From Octopus vulgaris (lineage: Eukaryota), in contig OX597837.1 of the NCBI GenBank assembly GCA_951406725.2, forward strand, positions 17,856,001 through 17,920,000: a DNA stretch of 64,000 nt, given 5' to 3'. Below, piece after piece: positions 38,216 through 51,617 of this stretch (position 1 is its first letter; each line of letters starts with the position of its first letter). Below the pieces are notes generated by a model. That model was not told where the DNA came from and ran no database searches. It was given only the letters and a program-made list of their open reading frames with translations. The position numbers and the translations under genes were made by a program.

Positions 38216-38859
38216 TGTTATGGATACAAATATAGCAATGAGGTCTACAATCCTTCTGTACAGAAAGAATAGACTCTATGAAAAAGTTTGCAAGACATCA
38301 ATGTCCTATCAGCAGTCTCATCATTGGTCTAAGTTGTCATGGTTGTTGTTGGTGCTGCTTTTAACATTGTAATTGTCCTAATTATCATTGGCGTAATTGC
38401 CTTTTTCAAAATTATCATAATCGTTGTCATTATTGTCGTGGTCACCATTACCAGGACAATTTACCTCATAAGGGTCGTTGTTATACTTGTAAAGATCTTT
38501 GTATGTGTGTTAATTGTTTCCAGGCTTGCCATTGTTGCTTCCATAAATAATGTGAGGCTGTCCTCCTCCTCCTCACTGTCATCGTCATTATCAATGTTTT
38601 AAGTATTACCATTATCGGGAGTTAGTATCAAAACTCATCATAAATTGGGCTACACCACTAAAATAATAATTTAATAAACAGCTTACGTAGTGCAGAGAAC
38701 ACCAGGTATTAAACTGAATAGATACTTTGTCAGTTTTGACGATTTAATTGTTTGATCAACTAAATAAGCTACTCAATGAATAACTGTGTGAGGTGACTGA
38801 GTATCTCACAGACATATGTACCTCCATGAAGTAGTGTGCCAAGTGACATTGCTGTGAAA

Positions 38860-39894
38860 GAGCCTTCATGAAATTTTGCATTAAATTTGGGAAGTCTGTT
38901 ATAGAGACATTAAGCATGCTTCAGCAAGCTTACAGCGATGAGGGAATGAGTTATATGCAATGTTTTGAGTGGTATGGGTGTTTCAAAAGCACGATAATGT
39001 CCCTGGAAGACAAGGAGCGATCTGGAAGACCTGCTACAATGTGGAAACCATTCATTTGCTTGTGCATGAGAAGTGTCAGAGAATAATCAATGACATTGTT
39101 AATGCTGTTGGTCTGTTGTATGGGTCCGTGCAGGCAATCCTAACACCTGAATTGAGCATGTGGCTTGTGTTTGTCAATTTTGTCCCCCACCTGCTGACCA
39201 CTGAGCAGAAAGAACATTACATTGAAGTCCGTCAAGACCTCCATCAGCATGCTGCTGAAGGCCCATCCTTCAGGTCGAGGATCATCACTGGTGATGACCC
39301 TGAGATGAAGCAGCAGTCATCACAATGGAAAAGCCCTTCATCTCCATGACCAAAGAAGGTACAACAGAGCTGCAGCTCAATCAAGAGCATGCTCATCAGT
39401 TTTTTTTATGTCTATGGTATTGTGCATTGAGAATTCTTCCTCCAGGGCCAGACCATCAATTGAGAGTTCTACTGCAACGTTTTGAAGTGTTTGAGGGAAG
39501 ATATTCAGCAAAAGCGACCAGATCTGTCGAGTGTGAAGAATTGGATTCTTCACGACAACAATGCATCCTGTCACTGAACATTCCTCACTTGTGAGTTTCT
39601 TGTCAAAAACAACATGGTACTGTTTCTTCACCTGCTGATTTCCATCCCTTCCCCAAGATGAAAAGGCAGCTCAAAGATTGCTTTTTTAACATAGTTGTTG
39701 AGATCCAGAGTGAATCGCAGATGGTCCTCAACTTGCTTACGGAAAATGACTTCAAGGCTGGATTCCAAAAGTGGCAGGAACGCTGGGATCAGTGCAAGGT
39801 GACTATTTCGAAGGAGATGATGTTAAAACTTGGGTAAATAAGCTATTTTTTATTAAACATAACTAGTCTGGGGACTTTTTGATATCACCTCGTA
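38860..39894 (+). mobile_element. Decayed mariner transposon lacking a 5' TIR
   Basis: MKFCIKFGKS..ERSGRP, FVPHLLT, IITGDD, WILHDNNA; 3' TIR-like actttttgatatcacctcgta. Confidence 0.85.
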
Positions 39895-40010
39895 CAGTTC
39901 ATTCAGTGGGCTTCCATAGAGTTTCTCATCTTTCTTCACTCACAAGGCTTGAGTTGACTCAAGGCTATGGTAAAAGACATGATTAAGAACTTAGAACCAA
40001 AGATTTGTGG

Positions 40011-40381
40011 TTCTTTTACTTGTTTCAGTTAGTTGACTGCAGCAATGCTGGAGCACCACCTTGAAGGGTTTTAGTTGAACAAATCAACTCCAGGACTTAT
40101 TTTTTAAGCCTGGTACTTATTCCATTGGTTTCTTTTGCTGTACTGCTAAGTTACAGGTATGTAAACACACCAACAACAGTTGACGGGGAAACAAGCACAG
40201 ATGCAAACACACACACACGATGGGCTTCTTTCAGTTTCCATCAACTCAATCCACTCATAATGCTTTCATTGGCCCGAGGCTATAATAGCAGATACTTGCC
40301 CAAGGTGCCATGCAGTGGGACTGAACCCAGAATCATGTGGTTGGGAAGCAAGCTTCGTATTACACAGCCACACCTGTGCCT
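40011..40381 (-). mobile_element. OR2-like SINE, near full length
   Basis: Collinear with 54891-55263. Confidence 0.85.
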
Positions 40382-41479
40382 ATGTGAACTTCTACGTATC
40401 AAAAACTCATATGCTAAAACCACTGGCTCAGATGTACTTTTTTTTCTTTTTTCCTGCCTCTTTTACCTCTATTACAAAAGTCTCTGCTCCTGTGAGCCTA
40501 CAGTTTAGAAAACCAGCTCCATCCAAGCTTAATCCATCTACATTTCTTTCTTCATCCTTATTGACTCATTTCCTAGACCTGCACACTAAACACTTTACTA
40601 AATCGTTCAGTCAGTTCTTTTCAGACTACATTCTGGTGGAATTTCTTCTTTGCTTGCATTTTTACCCTTCAAAAACGTCAATCTACAGAATTTCAAAGTT
40701 CTAATTATCAGTGTTACTAGTCTGGGATTAGTTGGAATACAAAAGTCAAAGAATCTGTTTCCCCATCCAATTTATTAATAGCAAAATTAATATTATATAG
40801 TCTGTTAATTCCCTTCCATGTCTTTTGTTGCCTGTAATTAGGCCTTCTAGAGTAAGCTAGAATGTTTTATTTTTAACTGGAATATGGAGGTATTGCAAGT
40901 GTGAGATGCTAAAAGTCTAAATTGTCCATGAAGATGTTATGTGATGAAAGCTTGTAATTTTATAATTGCTGTCAAAATATTGCTAATTAATGTCCATTTT
41001 CAACTTGCTTTATAATTAAAAATGACTCAGTATTAAATTTGGGGAAGGGTGGTTTGTTAAAATTGACCCCGCTTCCTGACTGTGATTTATAAATTAATTA
41101 ATATTATCAACATAATTTGTAATGACTGCCACAGAGTATTACAGCATTCCTAAAACCCCAGCCAATCAGGGAACCTCTACATAATTGGTCAACCTTCTAG
41201 AAGTAGAAGCCAAATCTTCCTCGAATCATCCTACTGTCTAATAAAAGATTATATTAGATAATTTTGTCCAAGATATACCATTTTAGAATGGCTTTTGGGT
41301 GTAAATATGCTTACTCTATCAGTGTTAACCTGGGGATTATATATTGGTTCAATGTGGAACAGTTTGTACCATTATTCTTTGAGACTGTGACATTTACAGA
41401 TCCTCCATGTGTGAGATCAAAGTTTATGTTCCTCTTGAACAGGAGAGTGAATTCTAGTTGGATGATATTGAGGAATAAA

Positions 41480-42290
41480 GAATGATGTTGGGGTGTGAAT
41501 GATACGATATAGGTGATAAAAAGAAGAGAGGAGAATGAGTTGGAAGTACCTGTGTAGAGGTGACTTAAGACTAGCCAGCTCTAAGGAGTAGAGGCCACTG
41601 TAGTTAAGATAAGGAAAGCAGATAGAGGTTGGAGTATGTTGGTAAGTGACTTAATATTAATCACTTGAATAACCTTTCTTTGAATGCAGTCTAAGTTGTC
41701 TTTGTGTGCAGTAGCAGTTCCATCCTAGACATTGAGTCCCACTTGAGCCCTGAAGAGGGTTAGTAGTTGTTAGGAGGCTGAAGAACTTTCAGGCTCTGAA
41801 GAGGAAGGCTAGCTAGTTATGGGTCAGTACAAACCACAACGGCAAAATTAGGAAGCCACCAATCCCAAGAGATGATAAACAGTAAGAGACCATAGGTGAC
41901 TGGTTTTATCTGGAGATTCATGTACCAGACATGGTTGAAATCTTTGCTAATGTCAAGAGCAACAACATTGCTTTCATCAAGTTTCTTATGGATAAGAGCT
42001 CACTGGTGAGTGACATACAAGGGCAGGTCTCTAATAAATCTGGCTTTAAGAAAGCCATATTGGTGGTCATTAAAGAGGGAGAGAGGTTCAAGGTATTGGA
42101 AATTATTTTTGCTGATGGCTGTCTCCATCACTTTTGAGATGATGGAAGTGATTGCAAAAGGAAGATAGTTGACAGAGTTGCCTTGGCAATGGGACCTACC
42201 GTGGTGTGTTTTTAAAGATCAGAGTATATTTAAAGGTAGATAGACAGAGAGGCCGGAGGGAGTTTAGTGGGGATAAAGGTGGCTAGCTCT
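41480..42290 (-). mobile_element. Old CR1/Jockey-group LINE remnant
   Basis: Minus strand LLTLFRAQV..LDCIQRKVIQVI resembles the post-RT LYKAQVRP..LDRIQRKA region. Confidence 0.5.
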
Positions 42291-43664
42291 TGTTTACATT
42301 ATGTTTGGGTAATGAAAAGAACATTGTCAAGACCAATAGCTTTGTTTGTTTCGTATGGCCATTGGTGCTTTCACACCTGGAATGTATATATGCATGGTAA
42401 TGTAGTTGGTGGAGTAGAAAGAGATAACTTTGAGAAGATAACATCAACAACATTCCAGAAATTATTCACAAACATTCTCTTGTTGTGTTACTGCCGAAAC
42501 AAAAGTCAATAGATTATTGGCAATTCTTCACAATGAGGCTTAACTAAAGTCACAGCAAGTTCTCAAGTTAATCCACTGGCATTTCTTTTTCTTTCTCTTA
42601 ATTATGTTTAGATTTAGATTAATAAGCTAACGATGCAGATTACTAAGCTATGGCTTCTAGTTATGTTTCATCTATTTTTAAAAGATAAACAATAAACATA
42701 AAAGTAAATTAAAATGGTTGACATGAAAACAAGAGATGATCTGATGAAAATCTCTTTCAATAGATAACTGCTGCTATTAATACTTAAGAATGGATCTTCA
42801 ATGTGGTTACTCAATTTGCTAGAAATTGCAGCCAAAACTTCACCAAAGGATATCTTACTATCTTGAAAAATAAAGGACACACTGGTTAATGTAATCTTAG
42901 GTCTAAATAAAAGATGGGATGGTCAGGACTGGAATGTCCTTGTTTAATGAAAGAGATATTGTCAAAGCTAATGGCTTTGTAGGTTTCAAGTGACTAGAGG
43001 TGCTTTCACACCTGGAATGTATAAGTACAAGGTAATGTAGCTAGTGGACAGCAAGGAAAGTGTACACCTAAAACTAGAAGCCAAATCTTCATCAAATTAT
43101 CTTACTGTCTAATAAAAGATTGTATTAGTTAATGTTGTCCTTGGTATACCATTTTGAAATGGCTGTTGGGTGTAAATATGCCAACTCCATCAGGGTTGAC
43201 CTGAGGCTTATGTATTGGTTCAATCTAGAACAGAAACCAAAAGACAACCAATGCTATTATATTTAAAAATATGTCTTCAGTAACCCAGAAGAATTACTTA
43301 ATGTCTTCAGAAGTTCAGTAGATGAGAGTCAAATCTTCCTCTGGGAAGTATACCAGCCTGATATAGGGAATGTTGCTTGGCATCTCACTCCCATTATATG
43401 GGAGTGTAGTTAAGTATTTTACCCAGATTATTGGTTTTTACTGAAAACCTGCATGACCATATTGCAAAGCAATAGTCTTAGCAGAGAACTCCTTCATAAG
43501 TAATAAATTAGCATAGTTGTTAGAGTATAAGACAAAACACTTTGTCATATTTGTTCTGGCTCACTGCACTTTGAATTCAATTCCTGCTAAGATCAACGTT
43601 GTCTTATCTCCAGGGTCAGTATGGTAGTGAATTGTCAGAATTGTTAGATTATCAGTATCATTAC

Positions 43665-44270
43665 TGTCATTATTATTGTTTTAATGTCCATCTTCCATGC
43701 TTACATGGAATGAACTGTTTGATACGTTATAAAGAGTCAGAAGATAATGTCTTGATCCCCTGTCTGTTTTGGCATGGTTTCTATGGCTGGATGCCCTTCC
43801 TAGTGCCAACCAGTTCACAGAATGTAGTGAGTGCTGTTTACACTCTTAACAGAGAGAGGCAGTTTTATGCCTAGGTGCTGAGAGGTTATGATAAGCAAGA
43901 AAGGACAGGAACAATTTTCATGTTGTAGAGGAGATATATGGACATCTGACATAATGTAAGGAAGGGTAGGAGTAATTGGGGTGGACCTGGGAAAGAGAGA
44001 TAAAGATGGTGATGACAACATGTCAGTATGCCCTCATAGTACAAGAAGGTGAATAGAAGATGGAGTGGGAACAGAAAAGTGAGTGGGTAAAGATTGCGAG
44101 AGTGTGGGGAAAGTAAGCATTTGCTCCAGTTCTTTGCATACTTTGCTTTTGGACTGTGGACTGAATCCATTAGTTAAATACCACCACCTGGTGAAGTCCA
44201 CTCTGTTGCAAATATTTGGGTTAAGTTTTCAGTTTGAGGGTACCTTCCACCAGTCTTGGGGCCTTTAAAA
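43665..44270 (-). mobile_element. Old RTE 3' fragment
   Basis: tttaatgtccatcttccatgc..ggatgcccttcctagtgcca tail motifs. Confidence 0.55.
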
Positions 44271-47200
44271 AATTGTCATGGGCATTGTTTTCCCCTTCAT
44301 AACTAAATCATTAAAAAGAGATATACTGAATAAAAACTTTGAGCTGCTCCAAATACATGATAGAGTAGTTTTGTGTTTGAGTAGAGATGACAAAAGCTAC
44401 TCAATATCAGCAGTGAAAAAGATTGTTATGGAAAATACTTTACTTAATTTCTGATGCCAATTTTCCAAGTTTTCCTTTAAAATAAATGCAGTGGACAAAA
44501 TGAACTATTTACTACTCTTGATTTTGATTCTGTAGTGAAGAGCAATGTGTTATATAATCTTTAAATGTCCTAACTAGTTGAAAACAACCCAAAGGATGTA
44601 ATTGAGAAGTAACCACTTTTGATACTCTCTTGTTGATCTCAGTAGTCTCAGAGGGACAGCAAAGGCCTCTGGTCATAGACCCTTCCTCAGACCAAAACAA
44701 AGAAATAAAAACAAACAAAACAATGTTATTCATGATGTCGTTGAGTACCTCATCAAACAAGCTGTTGTTTAGCATCAGTTTAGCTCTGATTGAACAGACA
44801 TGATTAAAGGTATTCCAGCTAAGATCGTCCCATATTTTTTTGTATATTTGAGACTATAATATGCAATGTGTCTTTCTTTTCCAAGCTGGCTGGATGTGGT
44901 TTAAAGAAATTTCACTGTTAATTCTAACAGGTCTACTGATCATGTACAGGTTCTTTTGTCAATACTGTTGATATAGCTAGGTACCTTACTAACATGACAT
45001 TTGGTACCTCAGTAACAAGATATAGATAATGTTGTTAGGTACCTCAGTAAATAATGTACATGAGGTCATTGGGTACTTCACTACCATGATATATGAATAT
45101 AAATGTTTCTAGATAATTTTGGTATACCAGTTTCAAATATGTATTTAAAATTTTTCTTTTATGTCCAGATTTTGTGAAATTAAATTGTAGTTATTTAATG
45201 TATACATTAAGATATATAGTCTCTTTGCCCTAGTGGCAATTAAAAGAAATCATTGTATCCCTTTGGGGATGATAAAATGAAGTACTAACCGAGTCCCAAG
45301 GTTGATAATATTGACTTTCCCTCAAAATGACTGACCTTGTCCCTAAATTTGGAACCATTATTACTGGCGAAATCATTAGCAGCACATTGGACAAAATGCA
45401 TGGCAGCTTTTCTTCTGATTCTTTATATTCTGACTTCAGTCACCAGTACAGATGGTGGTTGGTTGGCTTAGCCTACCAACTTTTCAGAGTTGATAAAACA
45501 TGTACCAATCAAGTCTTTGGTGGTGGTGGCAGTGGCAGTAGCAGTTGATGATGCAATCAATTTTCCCCACCCCACCCATCAAAATAGTTGTACTTGTGCC
45601 AATATTATTATTATTAAGGTCAACTTTGCTTTCATCCTTTTGGAATCAATGAAATAAGTACCAGTTAGCTATGTCTTGGGGTCAATGTAATCGACAAGCC
45701 CCTCCCTCCCCAAAAATTTCAGGCTTTGTGCCTATACTAGAAAGGATCATCATCATCACAGTCAGTAAACAACTGGTTTATTTGACTAATAAATATTAAT
45801 GTAGTAGTAATGATGTAATTATTTTAACTAATTCATTTTAATGTATAAAACAGGCAATGAGTATACTTTTAAAAAATATATGTTTAATGAGATGTTACAA
45901 ACTTGGTCTACTCTGTTTGCATTATCAGTTTAACTGAGACCTATTTGAATTAATTCCAGAAACATTTACATAAAAAGACAGTGGCAAACCAATGAAAAGT
46001 AAACGGCACATAATGAATTACAATTTCCTTGTTTTAACTAGGCTATTATTATGTAAAATTTTGTTGGTTCATTGAAGTGCTGTGTATCAAAGCCAGACAT
46101 TGCCATCAGAAACTAGAAATATTTAATTAGGCCAAAAATGTTTTATCACTCTACTTCGAAAGATAATCTATTACAGTAACTATGTTGTTAAATGAAGCTG
46201 ATTTCAGTTGAGCTTTTTGTGGAGCTAGAAACTACTTGAGCTCAGAATAGTTTGAGGCATAAAATTGGCAGGATTAAAGCATCAGACAAAATTGATTGCA
46301 ATATTTCTTCCAACTCCATTGTATTTTAAGTTTAAGTTTTGCTGAGGTCAACTTTATTTTTTATCTTTCTAGGGTTGATAAAGTATCAGTCTAGGGTGTA
46401 GACTGGTAGAACTGATAGTATGTCAGACAGAAAGCTTTGTAGTATTTGTTGTAGCTCTTTGCTTTCTAAGTTCATATCATGCCATGACATACTTGGTTGA
46501 AACATTGCTTGAGTTAAAATCAACATCTAGCATATTGGTTGCCTTTTGTGGAGTTCACTCTGCTGAAAACATTCAGACCAGGAAGGATAACATCCTACTT
46601 TCTGCCTACCAGTTTTGGAGTTCCAAAGGTCCCATAAAATATTGTCTTTCACTCCTGACCAAAAGACTTTAAAAAAAAAAGAGTTACTGGTCCTCTCCAT
46701 TAGTTCTGCTTACAACATTTGGAAACTACTCACCTTCACAAACATTAAATAGATGGCAACGAAGCTGATAACCAAGAAGGAGGCCTGTATATGATGGATT
46801 CATCCTACTAAAATTCTCCTTCAAAATTAAACCAACTGACTGTAAAAGGAAGGATATATTGAATAGTGTAGCCTTAGATACTCCTAAAAAAATAGGATGG
46901 TTTCACTAGGAATGCCTTCAAACACGGGTTTGTTTGCTGATGTTGTCCTGAAGTGCAACAGCAACAACAGTTATCGTAATATATTCTCCCTTTTGCTCTT
47001 CTGCTGCTACAACAGTTTCTACTTCTTTGAACTAGTAAGTTGTGTATCACCAATGCCAAAACCTACCATGTCATCAGCCATTTTCTCTTAAGTCTCTCTG
47101 TTCCCTCTCACCCAATCTTTTATCTATAAAAGTGGAACCCTCTTGGATGTTCCTTCTTGTTTATGTTTTCCCCATATTCTCTCTCTCTCTCTCTCTCTCT

Positions 47201-47699
47201 TTGATATCCCATTCCATTTCCATCAGAGGTCTAGAATTTCAGACATATTGAGCACTCAACACTGGCAATATCAGCAGCTTCACTAAGCTTAGAACTGTAT
47301 GTGGTTAGAGTCCCATAGAAAGTTCAGTAAGTTCAGTTGCTGTGACATATTCTGTATTTGCTCTTTGTCTGAGTGAAAGGGGATATATATATATATATAT
47401 ATATACTTTTAATGTAAAGGGAGTGAGAAACAATAAATGTGCACACTCAACAGTTAATGTCTTCTGCAAATCTCCTCCAATATGTATATCATTCTCACCA
47501 AACATGTTCCTGCTCTCCAGGAGTGCAAAAATAAGCATGGCTGAACATACAGTACCCTAGGAAGATAGATTTATATTTCTCACTAGTAAAAGAAAAACAA
47601 ATATCAGGACTCATTTAATGAGGCCCATGTCAAGGGATGGTACATGGCCGCATTCCCTATTGAAGTCAGTTGCCATGGCTTTCCAGCAAGTTTGGTATA

Positions 47700-48272
47700 C
47701 TATTCTTGCAGAAGACTTGTAGTGGCTTGTTATAGCTGTACAAGCCATGTATAGAGGCGCTGTCACCTCTAGTCATTTAGTATACAACTAGGAGGTCACC
47801 AGGGCTTAGTTCTCTTAGTCATCATAGTTTTCCAGGAATTTGGAACTGGCTGCTTGTGGGAGCAATTTTGTATGTGGCAGATGTGCCGGAACAATAAGTT
47901 CCAAGGATACTTGGGAATTAGATTTTCTCAAATGCCCAGGAGGCTCCCTTGAGATTGTAGATAGTTTCTGTTACCTAGGTGACCAAATTAGCTGTGGAGG
48001 AGAATGTTCTGAAAGTTTTGTTGCTAGAATAAGAATAGAAAGGAAGAAGTTCAGAAAACTATTACCTCTTTTGACAATAAAAGGCCTCTCTCTCTCTCTT
48101 TCTCACTTACACACACACACACATACATACACACACACACAGAGTGAAAGGCAGATTGTATGATGCTTGCATTTGAACAGCTATGCTCCATGGTAATGAA
48201 GCTTGGACCCTAAATGCAGAGGACATAGGAAGACTGGAGGGGAATGAAGTTAGTGTCCTCCAGTGGATGTAC
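47700..48272 (+). mobile_element. RTE LINE internal fragment
   Basis: FVCGRC..VDSFCYLGDQIS..ARIRI..KGLSL[microsatellite]RVKGRLYDAC; homologous to 30998-31426. Confidence 0.8.
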
Positions 48273-48531
48273 AATAAAATACAATTTGCTTTCATTAGAA
48301 CCAAAAATGAATTATTTAAAATTCTGAATGTAAAAGTCATATAAAGTTATTCAGAGCTGTGCCAACTTCTAAATTATGGATTTTTATCATAAAACACAAA
48401 GTATCGGGTTAGGATATGGTTGATTATGTTGACTATAGTACTTGTGCTTGGAGTTAGTTTTTCAAGTCCAGGAGGATTAAGAACAAAGTCAATTGTGGCA
48501 GGATTTCTGAAGTATTAAATAATAATAATAA

Positions 48532-49130
48532 AACACAAACCACCTCCAGTACTTGAAAATGATCACATCTCACTCCTCTGGAACTTCACTGTTCAAACTA
48601 ACAGAAAGATAGATGCAAATAGGCCAGACATCATATTGAAAGTCTCCAGACAAAAATCATGCCTCCTCATTGATATGACTGTCCCAATCGATATAAACAT
48701 ATCTGTCAAGACCTACCAAAAACTTAGCAAGTATAAAGATCTTGAAATAGAAATTAGCAAAATGTGGAACCCGAAGACTGAAACAATACCTGTTGTCATA
48801 GGTGCCCTGGGAATGATAGCAAAAAGGGTTGATTGCTACCTAGCTCAGATACCAGGAAACCCCAAAATGGCAGAAATTCAAAAGATAGTGCTCATGGGAA
48901 CTGCCCATATCCTACACAAAATACTTTCTATGCAATCTCAAGTTTTAAAACAAACACACAATTTTCTTATGGTTTTTTAAACATTCTCTAGAACAATACT
49001 ATGTACAAAGCCAAATATATGGCACCCTAGGCATAACACCAACATGAACTTCCAACTTGTTGTCTCTTGAGGTCTCTGGGTGAGACTTGGAGCCAACTTG
49101 TACAAATATAAAGCAAAAGTCAAACATAAA
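48532..49130 (+). mobile_element. R4/Dong-clade LINE 3' fragment (RLE domain + 3' UTR)
   Basis: LLWNFTVQTNRKIDANRPDIIL..IDMTVP..KLSKYKDLEIEI..IPVVIGALG; (TAA)n on both sides. Confidence 0.88.
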
Positions 49131-49799
49131 ATAATAATAATGATAATGATGATGATGATGATAATGATAAGATCAAATAAAAAAAGAAAGAATAATATGG
49201 AAAATAGATTAAACATGTGTGCTATGAATGCAGAAGTTATGAATTCAAATACACTATTGGTAAGGCAATATTAGACTGCTTTTGCAAACTGAGATGCTGT
49301 TTCACAGATTATTTGTTGTTGATATTAATAAGAACAAAAAGACAAGTTTATGGAAGAAAATGTCTGTCTAACTGATGAATAATGATATGTATATGAAGCA
49401 GTTGGGAAGGTCCTAGAAGAGTACTTCCTCACTTTCTGAGATTTCATAATAACTTCATAAAAATTTGTTAAAAAGGCACTTGAAGATAATTTTCTTTACT
49501 CCAGAGGGAAAGCCAGTGCCTGTGTCCCTTTATAGGGTGTCCTAACTGGTGGGAGAGTTGTAACTTCGAACCTCATCAAAATGGTTGCAACAAAATATAC
49601 TCCACATGAGACTCTAGTGCTGTCTTTAGTAGTTGTGTTATTTGGACAACAGATTATGTCCCCTATATGCTATAGTAGGATTTGAACTCAGAATGTCAAA
49701 AAACTGGAACATACTAGAAAGCATCCAGTGCTATGTTCTTATTGTTCTGCCAATCCACCACTATATATATTTATATATATATGTATATATATATATATA

Positions 49800-50029
49800 T
49801 TTCTTTACTACCCACAAGGGGCTAAACACAGAGGGGACAAACAAGGACAGACAAACGGATTAAGTCGATTACATCGACCCCAGTGCGTAACTGGTACATA
49901 ATTTATTGACTCTGAAAGGATGAAAGGCTAAGTCAAGCTCGGCGGAATGTGAACCCAGAACGTAACGGCAGACGAAATACAGCTACGCATTTTGCCCAGC
50001 GTGCTAACGTTTCTGCCAGCTCACCACCC

Positions 50030-50030
<1 letters not shown>
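49800..50030 (-). mobile_element. Meta-domain-like tRNA SINE, well preserved
   Basis: Minus strand ggtgagctggcagaaacgttagc..gttctgggttcacattcc..gcctttcatcctttc..gtaccag; CpGs retained. Confidence 0.85.
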
Positions 50031-50075
<45 letters not shown>

Positions 50076-50198
50076 ACACACACACATATATAATTCTATA
50101 CATATATATAATTCTATGTATATATATATATATATATGTTATTATATATATATATATATATATATATAACGTATATATATATATATATATATATATAT

Positions 50199-50576
50199 AA
50201 CGTAAGGTGTACTAGCCATCTGAATGTGGCTAGCCACTGGGGGTGGGGTGTTACTGATGCTTTTAGCCCCAGGCGATCAACGTCACCAGATGGACTTTAG
50301 ACACAACATTTCAGTGCCCTTGTGTTATTTGCAAAGGGAGGTCATCCTCCCTCGAAAACCTAAGTGTTACATACGGACTATAGTTTCAAGGTAATTGCCT
50401 CTCGTCAACGCATGGTAAACACCGGTTTTCGATGAAGGAGACCCTCTGCAAATAATATTTAACGTTTTTCACAGCAACCACAGTCACTGATTTAGAAAAA
50501 CTGTCTGAAAGCATTAATAAATCTCTGAACGAGATATAAACAGTAACCGCTCGACAACGTAAGGTGTACTAGCCAT
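50199..50576. repeat. Unclassified (TA)n-associated element with 21-bp direct repeats (357-bp period)
   Basis: aacgtaaggtgtactagccat at 50199-50219 and 50556-50576; homologous to 56473-56736 and ~40-115. Confidence 0.75.
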
Positions 50577-51109
50577 AAAATGCCCCCCCACGGGGGCATT
50601 TTAAATTTTTTCCCGGGACGTCCTACGTCCCAGATATAAAGGAAAAAATAAAATGTTTCCACTTTGCAAGTTCGAGTCAAGTACTCTTTTGCACGCTCCA
50701 TTGACTCGAACCTTGCTTCTATTGTGGCGAATTTACTGCCTCTGATTAGATACCTTTCATAGTCGCACCAAGACACTTTTCGAAGGTGCTTTCCTCCATG
50801 TGTTCAAATCTTCTTTTTTCTCTACATTATATACTTTATAGACAATAGTCTTTTCTTTAATTTAATCTTTTATTATCCATCTGGACTATTCAATTTCTGC
50901 ATGCTAATTTTATTTTTAAATTATTCCCATTCATGTGAAACCACTTATTCAAGTTCAAATCATTGATGCAATTTTATACCAATTGCTGTTTTTACTTTTG
51001 TTATGTTACGATTATATTGTACTTTACTTTGATTTTAATTATTACTTACTACATATAATTCAATTGTTATTATTATTTTTATTGTTAAAGTGAAAGTATC
51101 TGACATAAA

Positions 51110-51499
51110 ATAGAGAAACGTTTTTGTTTCACTTTTAACATGTAATACTGAAATAGTGGAGAAGATATGATATTGCTATGGGCTCGCTCTAGGCAAGAAG
51201 TTGAACATTTTTTTTTTTTTTGCCCATGAAACTACATGGACCCTAAGTAAGGCATGTGTAAAATTTGCATGAAATTGGTTGTGTAGTTCTCAAGTTATAG
51301 GGAATCGTAGTGGAGAAGATATGATATTGCTGTGGGCTCGTGCTAGGCAAAAAGTTTTAAAATTTTTTTGCCGATGACACTCCCCGGACCCTAAGTAAGG
51401 CATGTGTGAAATTTGAATGAAATTTGTTGTGTAGTTCTCAAGTTTTAGGGAAACACACAGACAGACAGACACACATTCTCAGTTTTATATATATAAAGA
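51110..51499 (-). mobile_element. Helitron-like element with internal 154-bp tandem duplication
   Basis: Minus strand starts tctttatatatataaaactgagaatgtgtgtctgtc; units begin tagtggagaagatatgatattgct at 51154 and 51308. Confidence 0.6.
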
Positions 51500-51501
51500 T
51501 A

Positions 51502-51561
<60 letters not shown>

Positions 51562-51566
51562 TATAT

Positions 51567-51617
<51 letters not shown>

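Noticed and set aside
38339-38602. Hydrophobic 87-aa ORF resembling a membrane protein
   Set aside because: Decayed (GTT/ATT/TCA)n low-complexity tract with no splice or homology support.
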